The notes under the pieces were generated by a model. The model searched no databases and was not told the origin of the DNA. It saw only the letters and a program-made list of their open reading frames with translations. From NCBI GenBank assembly GCA_043764415.1, contig JAYUKO010000162.1:1-53805 (forward strand): a stretch of DNA of 53,805 nucleotides. Reading direction: 5' to 3'. This document shows, piece after piece, positions 19,706-28,137 of this stretch. Numbering within the stretch: position 1 is the first letter of the stretch; every line of letters begins with the position of its first letter. The DNA is from Bdellovibrionales bacterium. GTDB lineage: Bacteria; Bdellovibrionota; Bdellovibrionia; Bdellovibrionales; JAGQZY01. Position numbers and translations under genes: made by a program.

Positions 19706-20950
19706 TTAGCCAACCTTATATTCTGAGAGAAGTTGGCGAAAGGCATCGGGAATAAGGTTAAAAAAATCGTTCTTCCGAACCAAATCGAATTTCTTTGTCT
19801 CCGTAAGAAACTCTCTCCAGAGTACTAGATCTTCGGGGCCCTGAATCCATTGGATCAAATTTTTGTAATGGTGGCCGGGAAGTTGGCTATATTTTTTGAT
19901 TAAGGCTTGTTTTATTTGTTGAGGAAGAATTTGCACCGATAAATGCTTGGGCGAATCGAGAAAATTGAGTCCCAGTGAAACCCCCTTGAGTGCGCACCAC
20001 TCAACAAGTTTTTCGATTTCAAAGATATTATAGATTTGGACTGTGCAGACATCCTTTAAAAAAGCGTTTGGGAGTTTTTCCTTGATCTGGTCAATCGTGG
20101 CGTTTGTTTTTTCCCACTTTGAGGGAGGGCGAATGTACTCGTTGATTTCGGCGTAACCATCGATACTGCAATCGATAACGACCTTTTTGAACTGAGCAGC
20201 CCGGTTGATAAAACGGTCATCAAAAAAGGAAAGATTTGTGCTCCATCGAACTGTCATGTTTTTTGCGGCGTCGGTTTCAATGGCGAAGTCGAGAAGAGAA
20301 AGGTGCGATTCGATGAGGGTGGGTTCCCCACCTAAAAAATAAACCTCTTCCGCAAAAGGAATTATAAGTTTTAGCTCGTTGTAGAAGTCAGGATACTTTA
20401 GCAGGTCACCCGTTGCTTTCGAATAAGCCAGCCCCGCCTCCCTTTCCTCCCAACCTTGCGAAATCGATTCCATCATCAGTGCTGTGCTGGTCACTGAATC
20501 ACACATACGGCATTTTAAGTTGCAATGACTGCCCAGCTTAATATCCCAGGAGAGGGGTTGAAAAGCGACTGAGTCCGTTTTTAATCTTTCCAACGTTTTT
20601 TCAAGGTAACGGTTTCCGTCGTGGAGTCTTTTACTTTGTAATCCCAAAGACTCCAGCTTCCAGCATAAGCTACAGCGTTCATCTTTAATGCCCTTTAACA
20701 AATTGCTGCGAAGAGACTGCATGTATTCCGAATGAAAGGCGTCTTTAAAAGTATGGCCTTTGAGAATATCCAAAGGCTCTCCCTGATTGTCGCAAACAAC
20801 GCCCTCTGAGTGGCAGCAGGCTTTGATTTTCCCATCCATTCGATTGCAAATATGGATAAAGGGCAACGTACAGAAGGTTTTTTCGTTTGCGACTAAAGAC
20901 ATCTCTGGATAATCATATTTTCTTTTTTTTTGAGCAATCGGAGATCGCAC
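19706..20950 (-). CDS. radical SAM protein, N-terminal twitch/SPASM-like Cys motif family (paralog 1)
   Basis: 'FCTLPFIHICNRMDGKIKACC', 'CSLC', core 'CNLKCRMC' and 'FLGGEPTL'. GTG start at 20950; alternative ATG at 20902. Confidence 0.85.
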   Translation of the reverse strand: MRSPIAQKKRKYDYPEMSLVANEKTFCTLPFIHICNRMDGKIKACCHSEGVVCDNQGEPLDILKGHTFKDAFHSEYMQSLRSNLLKGIKDERCSLCWKLESLGLQSKRLHDGNRYLEKTLERLKTDSVAFQPLSWDIKLGSHCNLKCRMCDSVTSTALMMESISQGWEEREAGLAYSKATGDLLKYPDFYNELKLIIPFAEEVYFLGGEPTLIESHLSLLDFAIETDAAKNMTVRWSTNLSFFDDRFINRAAQFKKVVIDCSIDGYAEINEYIRPPSKWEKTNATIDQIKEKLPNAFLKDVCTVQIYNIFEIEKLVEWCALKGVSLGLNFLDSPKHLSVQILPQQIKQALIKKYSQLPGHHYKNLIQWIQGPEDLVLWREFLTETKKFDLVRKNDFFNLIPDAFRQLLSEYKVG

Positions 20951-21021
20951 ATAATGCGAGGCGTTCTTGTTGATGGTTGGTGTAATAGGTAAGAGTCTGT
21001 ATCCTTTAAACAGGAAATAGC

Positions 21022-22278
21022 ATGCGATCCGAATTTTTAAAATTTACCAATGATTCCTTACGAAAATCCAAGGTCGTTTTTGTCGTCTGGGACACCTACG
21101 CCGACGGTCGTCGAGCAGATGCGCAGATGATTGAGCTGTGCTTCTCATTAATCCAGGTGCATCTGTACTTTATGATCGACGGGCAAGACCACAAAGTGCA
21201 CTTGCACCAAAGTGGCGGTCACACTTTTGAGAGAATCCGTAGTTTAGGCTACCAATATGTTGTCTGCCTCCCTCCAAATACGCTCATCAAATGCGAAGGC
21301 TCCGTGGAGGAGTTGCTTTCACAAGCTCAGCAAGAACCTGAGCAGTTTTGCTATGCTTATGAGGAGCTGCACAAACTCAGCGGAATGATTCTCCTAAATT
21401 TACAAAAATGCGAACCAGAGAAGATCGATGAGCTTCTTAAAACAAAGCGAGCTTCAAGCTTAGAGTTTGAGTTTCCGTGCAGCCGTGTGAAGCCACCGTC
21501 AAGAGTGATCTATTCGTATACAGCTGAGCTAGCAGCTTTTGGGTTGCAGCAGGTCATTGCCCAAGAACAGGCGACTCTCCAGGAACATTTGCAAGAGGGG
21601 TTTAATGTCTGCTTTGTTTTTAATACAGAATCTTACGATGATGTTGATAAATTGGGTTGTTTGTCCCGCACCCAGCACGTTGTGGGATTTGCATCTGGAT
21701 TTAAGCTAAATCAAATCGCCTGGAAAAATAAAGAGACCTGTCAGCGAGTGACTTTTATTGATCTCAACGAGAACTCGATAACATTGAAAGAAAAAATGTA
21801 TTTGCAATGGGATGGATACGACCTTCCAAGGTGGTTCCAGACGCACGTTGATAATTCGTCTGCGTTTTACGAAAAAACCCCAGACCACTTTCAAAAAAGC
21901 TGGGAGAGAGAACTTTCGTTGTGGGGAGGACAAGAGAAATTCGCAGAGCACTGGCGCTGGTTTAGAACCCTACCAGTCGATTTTCAAAAGATAGACTTAC
22001 TCTCCGAGCCAGAAAAGTTGAAATTAATACTGCAGCAAAGAACGAATACTTTATTATGGTACAGTAACCTTTGGAACAACGAATACGTGGCACATATCTA
22101 TGGAGTGAGGCAACTGGCCCAACAACAACTGCAGTGGCTAGAAAAAACCATGCCCAGTGAAACCCCCGTTGTCTTATTACAAGATCCAGTGCGAATAGGG
22201 TCAAAAAAAATTCACTTGAGTGGATATGATTCAAACACCGTTAAAAAGATTCTAAGAGAGCAACTTTCTCATTTTTAA
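21022..22278 (+). CDS. hypothetical protein; C-terminal domain shared with the 736-aa protein
   Basis: 418 aa. 'FIDLNENSITLKEKMYLQWDGYD...FQKSWERELSLWGG...LLWYSNLWN' parallels 'YFDVNQSMLEIKKEFYAHWDGKD...FSTKWEQELEIWGS...ALWYSNCFN' in ORF 24963-27173. Confidence 0.6.
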   Translation: MRSEFLKFTNDSLRKSKVVFVVWDTYADGRRADAQMIELCFSLIQVHLYFMIDGQDHKVHLHQSGGHTFERIRSLGYQYVVCLPPNTLIKCEGSVEELLSQAQQEPEQFCYAYEELHKLSGMILLNLQKCEPEKIDELLKTKRASSLEFEFPCSRVKPPSRVIYSYTAELAAFGLQQVIAQEQATLQEHLQEGFNVCFVFNTESYDDVDKLGCLSRTQHVVGFASGFKLNQIAWKNKETCQRVTFIDLNENSITLKEKMYLQWDGYDLPRWFQTHVDNSSAFYEKTPDHFQKSWERELSLWGGQEKFAEHWRWFRTLPVDFQKIDLLSEPEKLKLILQQRTNTLLWYSNLWNNEYVAHIYGVRQLAQQQLQWLEKTMPSETPVVLLQDPVRIGSKKIHLSGYDSNTVKKILREQLSHF

Positions 22279-23001
22279 ATACTGCAAATTAAACCAGCGA
22301 CGCAAGGGATGGGTTTTTTCGTAGGTGTGCAGCAATTTTTTTAAATAGTCTTTATGATGTTTTCCATGCAAACACTCCACTGTGATATGAAACCGATCTT
22401 CATCTGATTGATTCCACACCGAATGCCGATTCGACAGATCCACAAGGTAAAACCCGCCGGCTTTTATGGGTATGGTTCCGTAGCCTTCTATGCCAAAGTG
22501 GCAGTTTTTTGGAGCATTGAGAGCGATGGTCAAAGGGCCAAGACTTTTAGTGTCTCGGTCACGATGGGGCCCCACGTAACCACCAGGTTCCACGAGCATA
22601 AAGCGAATACGTTTGTATGTTTCGGCAGGGAATATACGTTTAAAATAATGAACAGAAACAGGACAGAGTTTTTCGATTTCAGTCCAGTCATAATTTGCCT
22701 CATCTTCCGACAAGTTGTAGTCAGAGTGACACATTGTTTTTTGAGCGGAGATGCCGTGGAGGCAGATGGATTTCCAACCCTTGTGAAGGTTGGCTTCGCG
22801 GTGCTCAACAAAAAGGTGTTTAATATTTTTCGCTTCTTGCAGAATTTCCTCAACAGGAAAATCCTCCATAAAAAACTCGAACCAGGGCATCTGCGACGGT
22901 GGCTTTAATTTAAGAGTCTCGTCAAACGGTAAGTCTACAAACGACGATCGAGACGGCTTTTTATTTAAAAAGAATTCCCCGACCTGTTCAATGGGAGTCA
23001 T
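22252..23001 (-). CDS. aspartyl/asparaginyl beta-hydroxylase-like (AspH/LpxO-type cupin) protein
   Basis: 'GWKSICLHG', 'RFMLVEPGGYVGPHRDRD', 'LTIALNAPKNCHFGIEG' and 'YLVDLSNRHSVWNQSDEDRFHI' follow the order and spacing of the Asp/Asn beta-hydroxylase fold. Confidence 0.6.
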   Translation of the reverse strand: MTPIEQVGEFFLNKKPSRSSFVDLPFDETLKLKPPSQMPWFEFFMEDFPVEEILQEAKNIKHLFVEHREANLHKGWKSICLHGISAQKTMCHSDYNLSEDEANYDWTEIEKLCPVSVHYFKRIFPAETYKRIRFMLVEPGGYVGPHRDRDTKSLGPLTIALNAPKNCHFGIEGYGTIPIKAGGFYLVDLSNRHSVWNQSDEDRFHITVECLHGKHHKDYLKKLLHTYEKTHPLRRWFNLQYLKMRKLLS

Positions 23002-23515
23002 TGAGTTCCCTTGTTAAATCAGCACAATAGAAAAAGACAAGCAGCAGACTTATTAAAAGATAAAACCACTCTAAATAAATAGATACATTTCCATATCTCA
23101 AAACCCCTAAACTGAAAGCCATAAGAAAAAAAAGACATATATAAACCACGTACGTGTGATTCGAGAAAATACACTTCAGTTTGTCCAACCCTCGGATTGT
23201 AAGTTGCGGAGCGAGACTAACCCAAATATGCACAAAAAAGTAGCTAAATTGAATCCAATTCGAGAAAGCAAAGGTTTCTTTCCAAACATAATAGAGGCTT
23301 ACGCAAGAAAATAGTCTCAACAAAAGGCTCGAGGGAAAAAGGGCCACCAAAAAATGACTCACCCAAAAAGAAGTCATCAGAAAACTGAGAATTTTCCAAT
23401 CGAAAGACAATTGCGCCAGATTTCTCCAGTTAACTACGGTGGCCAAGTGCGCATGCCCCGCCAACAGAGAAAAGTAAACCGATAAAAATAAATTGGCTTT
23501 GGTTTTAAATTCCAT
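22988..23515 (-). CDS. hypothetical polytopic membrane protein
   Basis: 175 aa, about 5 hydrophobic helices. Its ends overlap both neighbours (11 and 14 nt). Confidence 0.55.
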   Translation of the reverse strand: MEFKTKANLFLSVYFSLLAGHAHLATVVNWRNLAQLSFDWKILSFLMTSFWVSHFLVALFPSSLLLRLFSCVSLYYVWKETFAFSNWIQFSYFFVHIWVSLAPQLTIRGLDKLKCIFSNHTYVVYICLFFLMAFSLGVLRYGNVSIYLEWFYLLISLLLVFFYCADLTRELNDSH

Positions 23516-24503
23516 ATTTAGGAAATCTTTCTAGCCAAGCAAAGGGCGGTAGCCGAAGTATATGTTTAAAAATTATAAAAGCATTTTTCTGACGGTCGAA
23601 GGGTGAGACCAAGAAAACGAGGGCCACGGGAGCTGCCATGGCTGAAAAGTTGACGCCAAAAAATAAAAAAGTCCCCAAATGAAAGACAAGGCGCAAGACG
23701 CCGAAGGCTGGATGCAAGTTAAGCCGAAAGACAAAATAAAAAGATACAAGGTGAATCCAAATCGTTGCCAGATAAGAAACAAAGCTGAGCCAAGGATATT
23801 TGTAAAATGCATCACGCCAAGGGGCAAACTGGTGATAGAAAATCGCCTCTCTTGCCGAAATGTTCGTGAGAATCCACTGATCCAATTGGCACTGAAGAGT
23901 GGACTCGACGGCGCAGCGAAGAATGCTTGTCACCTTCCACAGACCACTCATGGTATAAAACGTACAGATTATGAGTTGGATAAACCAAACAGAAAGCAAA
24001 ATTTTATGGCGATGGATTCTTTTCCTCGTCGCGAGCGGGCCCGGGCGTGAAAGTGGCAGCAAGCAGAGGAGCATCGACATCCAAAGAAAAGCGTGATGAT
24101 TATTACTAAAATGTCCGTCAGAATTAATGGTAGCGATCATAAAAAAAACGGAAAGAGCCTGAATCGAACGAAAGAAGCGGTTTTCAAAGAAAAAAAACGA
24201 TAAAAGCGAGCTCGTGATCCACAACCAGAGAATCGGAGGCACGAAATAGTGCAACTTTTCGGGTCCTAAATTGCCAAATACCCAAAGCGGTCTATAAAAG
24301 ATTTTATCAGCGTAAAGATCAATAAAGTTATTATACGAGCTCACAGCGATAACAAAAGAGTAGCCGTAAAATGCACGGATCAGAAAAAGTGATTTCAAAA
24401 AGTTTGTAGAGTGGGCAGCGAAAAGACCCTCATGAGGATAAAAAAAAGCTTGGCCTCTTAATGATCGCACAATTCTTTTAAGATACTTATTTGCGCGATT
24501 CAT
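23505..24503 (-). CDS. HTTM-like (VKGC/SdpB-like) polytopic membrane protein, copy 1
   Basis: 332 aa, multi-TM. 'LFLIRAFYGYSFV', 'YTMSGLWKV' and 'VFHLGTFLFFGVNF'. Clearly homologous to ORF 36751-37536. The family label is by pattern only. Confidence 0.5.
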   Translation of the reverse strand: MNRANKYLKRIVRSLRGQAFFYPHEGLFAAHSTNFLKSLFLIRAFYGYSFVIAVSSYNNFIDLYADKIFYRPLWVFGNLGPEKLHYFVPPILWLWITSSLLSFFFFENRFFRSIQALSVFFMIATINSDGHFSNNHHAFLWMSMLLCLLPLSRPGPLATRKRIHRHKILLSVWFIQLIICTFYTMSGLWKVTSILRCAVESTLQCQLDQWILTNISAREAIFYHQFAPWRDAFYKYPWLSFVSYLATIWIHLVSFYFVFRLNLHPAFGVLRLVFHLGTFLFFGVNFSAMAAPVALVFLVSPFDRQKNAFIIFKHILRLPPFAWLERFPKYGI

Positions 24504-24969
24504 GTTTTCCTAAAAACGTCTCTTTGATGAGCTCATTTTTCCAAAAAAAGTCTATCGGGTTAAAGGTCTGCTCACTAATTTCCCAAACGACCACTTCGTG
24601 CGGATGATCTGCGGTAAAAAGCCGATCAAACTCAGAGATGACATAGGTTCGCGAACGGTCGTCGGCCGCATAGTCTTGTAATTTTTTGGCAAAGTCATAA
24701 ATTTTTATTCTGGGAAATGATTTTTCTACGAAAACTGATCCTTTTTTTGGGGGATCGAACTTCGTCGTATCTATTTGATGAATATAGATTTCATGGTTTA
24801 CAAGATATTTATCTGGCTGCGTATGAAAGATTCTCCAAGTGTAAGCGGGATATAGATTAATGCTGCCAGTGGCGAGTTCAAAAAATAGGGAGAAAATCAA
24901 TTGGCCGGTAACAAACAAAATCATAGAATATTTAATCTTTTTAAGTTCTTTCATGAAATGGCCTAACAA
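24487..24969 (-). CDS. small single-TM protein preceding HTTM-like gene (SdpA-position protein), copy 1
   Basis: 160 aa with an N-terminal TM helix (MILFVTGQLIFSLFF). 17-nt overlap with the downstream HTTM-like gene. Confidence 0.5.
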   Translation of the reverse strand: MLGHFMKELKKIKYSMILFVTGQLIFSLFFELATGSINLYPAYTWRIFHTQPDKYLVNHEIYIHQIDTTKFDPPKKGSVFVEKSFPRIKIYDFAKKLQDYAADDRSRTYVISEFDRLFTADHPHEVVVWEISEQTFNPIDFFWKNELIKETFLGKHESRK

Positions 24970-27173
24970 AAGACATCATTGATATCGACACCGAAGCCAG
25001 GAACTTTAAAGCCCTCAACCACGTCTTCGCCGTAGACGGTAATTTTTAAGTTATTTGTCTTCGAGAGTCGAAAAAGTGAATTCATAAAGATAACGCCTGA
25101 GGTACGCAATGCGTCCATGTTCCAATGGAGCATAGCCAAGCTTGGCGTGTAGTTGAAGCAGTTGCTGTACCAAAGGGCGATGTGCAGATTTTTATATTTT
25201 TCTAATTCGGCCATCAAAACATCGGCGGAATTCACGATATTCGTATGGATGAAGGTTTTTTTAAGGGGCTTAATCTGGTTGAATGTTTTCAAAAAAAGAG
25301 CTTCGCTTCCCCAAATTTCCAACTCTTGTTCCCATTTGGTGGAAAACTGCTCTCTATCCACAGTCAAAAGTTTATTTTCTAAAATCTCGGGCCGACGATT
25401 TTCAAGATCCCTCCAAAAAGAGGAAAAGTCTTTTCCATCCCAGTGAGCATAGAATTCTTTTTTAATCTCGAGCATACTTTGATTGACGTCAAAATATATA
25501 AACTGGGCGTTTTCATTGAGCTGGTGCCTTTGAGTGAGATGCATATCCATTTGTCCAGCAGGCAAGCCCAAATACAAATCAAATTTTTTGATACGTCCTT
25601 CTTGGTAGGGGGAGCGAGCTTGTTCCGTGTTAAATAAGAAGATTTTCTTATCGAGCCCGTAGGCTTCCATATGAAGTTCTTCAAAAACGTCCTCTTGGTG
25701 ATGGCTGAGCTGGTTCTTTGCTCTCAAAGTTTCCAAAGGTTGCTGAAAGTCGTCAAATCTTTCGATAAGGGCCGCTTGGTTTTGTTCGGGGTATAAAAAC
25801 TGTTTTTTTGCTCGTAGGTCGCTAGGAAAATTGACCACTTCGTAATTTGCACACAAAGCGGACCGTATCCAATTCCAACCAAAAATTTGCGGATTGAAAA
25901 TCTTCTCGCCAGGTCCTTTGCGCAAAAACATTGGCGTGTAATCATCGTGCACATTTTCAGGGCTCCGATCGACCACAGGTAAGTTTTGTGAGTGAGTGGG
26001 GCCTCCAAAATGCGGACGACCCAATTTTTCCCATAATTCTACATTAATAAAAAACGCCTGCGGATGCAGTCCAAACCATCGTTCGCCGCGATCAAGAAGG
26101 TGTCCGACTAAAAAAACATTTGTTGAAAGCGCTTTTAAAAACGTTCGAGCTCGCGAATAGAACTGATCTTTCAAGATTGTCCCTGGCGTACAAACAAACG
26201 CCCACTGAGTGCCCATATCAGAGCAACGAGTCAGTAGATCTGAAAGCTGAACTCCCGAAGTGAGGCGATGGTGTCGATTTGCCTTAAGTCGCATAAAATG
26301 CTCAGTGATATTTGTGCAATGATTAAAAAGCGTAGGGTTTGAAATTTCGGAATTGTATTTCCAAAGGATATTGGCGAAAGCGGTAGGGTCTGATTTTTTT
26401 TCGCTAACAAGCGGAGCTTCCACAGCCAACTGTCGACGCTGACCACTGACACTTTCGGCGATTTTATTATAATATTTAGCGCCATAGCGTCCATGCAGAA
26501 TAAGATGCACGCGGGTTTCTTTCGAAAAGTTCCATACGCCGTGCTGGTTGGAGATATCGACGGCATACCCGCTGCCGGGTTCAAAAGGGACAGTCCCCCA
26601 ATTTTTAAAAACCCAGTAGCATGAGCTGGGCATGTTTAAAGCAATGTTCAGTGGACCTAAAGACTTATTATGGTCATCGCGATCTTGATGGAAGTGAATT
26701 CGACCGCCGGGCTCAAGATACATAAAGCGAACTCTGTAAAACTTCTCGAAATACCCAGTATCCAAAAGCTCCTGCAAAAACCGCTTTGCCTCTGGACATC
26801 GATTGACGATCTCTGTCCACCGATACGGCGTCTCAAGTTCTGATGCGTAGCCATATCGATCAGACGACAGCGTTTTATCTGAGTCAATGCCGTGCAAGCA
26901 CAGGCTCTTCCAACCGTAATTGTCTTTTGAGCGATGGCTCACGGCCTGAGGCTCGAGCGCCAAGGCTTCGGATAACATTTGCTGATGGTCAAAGGCGGGC
27001 AGAGGAAGCTTTAAAAACGGAATGTGCAATTTCTTGTGAAGTTCTTGACCAGAAATTCCAGCGGCAAAAAGCTTTACACGGCCCCTTATAAAGGCCTGTG
27101 TCGTAGAGTTTAGCTTTGAGTAGGTATCCACCACGAATTGTTCGTTGGCGGAATCATTCAGAATTTCTGGCAT
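24963..27173 (-). CDS. multidomain protein: N-terminal AspH/LpxO-type cupin domain + unknown middle + C-terminal Rossmann-like domain
   Basis: 736 aa. 'GWKSLCLHG', 'RFMYLEPGGRIHFHQDRD', 'LNIALNMPSSCYWVF' and 'YAVDISNQHGVWNFSKETRVHLI' are paralogous to ORF 22252-23001. The C-terminal domain is paralogous to ORF 21022-22278. Confidence 0.65.
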   Translation of the reverse strand: MPEILNDSANEQFVVDTYSKLNSTTQAFIRGRVKLFAAGISGQELHKKLHIPFLKLPLPAFDHQQMLSEALALEPQAVSHRSKDNYGWKSLCLHGIDSDKTLSSDRYGYASELETPYRWTEIVNRCPEAKRFLQELLDTGYFEKFYRVRFMYLEPGGRIHFHQDRDDHNKSLGPLNIALNMPSSCYWVFKNWGTVPFEPGSGYAVDISNQHGVWNFSKETRVHLILHGRYGAKYYNKIAESVSGQRRQLAVEAPLVSEKKSDPTAFANILWKYNSEISNPTLFNHCTNITEHFMRLKANRHHRLTSGVQLSDLLTRCSDMGTQWAFVCTPGTILKDQFYSRARTFLKALSTNVFLVGHLLDRGERWFGLHPQAFFINVELWEKLGRPHFGGPTHSQNLPVVDRSPENVHDDYTPMFLRKGPGEKIFNPQIFGWNWIRSALCANYEVVNFPSDLRAKKQFLYPEQNQAALIERFDDFQQPLETLRAKNQLSHHQEDVFEELHMEAYGLDKKIFLFNTEQARSPYQEGRIKKFDLYLGLPAGQMDMHLTQRHQLNENAQFIYFDVNQSMLEIKKEFYAHWDGKDFSSFWRDLENRRPEILENKLLTVDREQFSTKWEQELEIWGSEALFLKTFNQIKPLKKTFIHTNIVNSADVLMAELEKYKNLHIALWYSNCFNYTPSLAMLHWNMDALRTSGVIFMNSLFRLSKTNNLKITVYGEDVVEGFKVPGFGVDINDVFC

Positions 27174-27252
27174 TGACGTCTTCCCCGTGTTTCAGTGAAA
27201 AATAGTAGAGCGATTTTGAAAAAAATGATATCCAAATTTAAGGGGGAAATCC

Positions 27253-28137
27253 TTGCTCAGTCAGTTTTCGTTAAACCCAAACCTGAAGAACCCCTTCGTC
27301 GAGTACGATTTGACTCCCTCAGACATTTTGGCGCCGAGTCGAGATCTGATCGAAAGCTTACAAAATAACTTCGAAGACGGAAAAATTCTTGTCATTGAGG
27401 GGTTGGTTCCAGATTCGTTAGATTACTTTTTGGATCAACCGGCAGTGCAATTTCCCGAATGGGTTCCTCCGGTGGAAGACCACGAAATTTTAAACGACAA
27501 CATCAATGCGACCCACTCCTTTTGGCCGTTTTATCCTGATGAGCCAACGATTCGCCGTTTTCAGCATCACCTGCGGCGCTTCCAGGAGAGTTGGGAGCCG
27601 TTGCAAAAAAACCTGTTCCCTCGCTATGAATATAAAAAGCGCTACTGGAGCTGGCGTATGAATCAAATGGAACTGGGCTACCTTCATCTTGACGTACCAC
27701 CTGTGTATTCTGAGCACCAAATGCGAAGTTTTATGAATTTGAGTCGTAGACCGCGAATTATCGACGTGGGACCTACTTTAGAAAGTCTAATAGCAAAATA
27801 TTATGGCTCCGAAAAACTACATGAGCTAAGTCACCTTAATGCGACAGACTATTTACAGGAAATTAAGAACCGTCTCTTCAAAAAACTAAAGTTCGAGGAC
27901 CAACATCTGCCCCGTCATGTTTTGCGCCTCGCCCCGGGCGCTATTTGGATCAGCCATTCGTCTCTTATCACACACGGAATTGTCTACGGCGAGAAAACTG
28001 TCTGTCTAGAAACACGAATACCGACCGATCAAATTCGTAAAAAAGAACGCTCCTTTAACAGAATTTTAGAAGATGTTAAGCACCAACGAGCTTCGAAGAC
28101 CGAAGATTTTAAGGTGTATGAATCGTTTTTTCGTTAA
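27253..28137 (+). CDS. Fe(II)/2-oxoglutarate dioxygenase-like protein, possibly Kdo-hydroxylase (KdoO) family
   Basis: 294 aa. HxD in 'LGYLHLDVPP' and distal His in 'WISHSSLITHG'. Size and motif spacing fit a facial-triad dioxygenase. TTG start with AGGGGG 7 nt upstream. Confidence 0.4.
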   Translation: MLSQFSLNPNLKNPFVEYDLTPSDILAPSRDLIESLQNNFEDGKILVIEGLVPDSLDYFLDQPAVQFPEWVPPVEDHEILNDNINATHSFWPFYPDEPTIRRFQHHLRRFQESWEPLQKNLFPRYEYKKRYWSWRMNQMELGYLHLDVPPVYSEHQMRSFMNLSRRPRIIDVGPTLESLIAKYYGSEKLHELSHLNATDYLQEIKNRLFKKLKFEDQHLPRHVLRLAPGAIWISHSSLITHGIVYGEKTVCLETRIPTDQIRKKERSFNRILEDVKHQRASKTEDFKVYESFFR

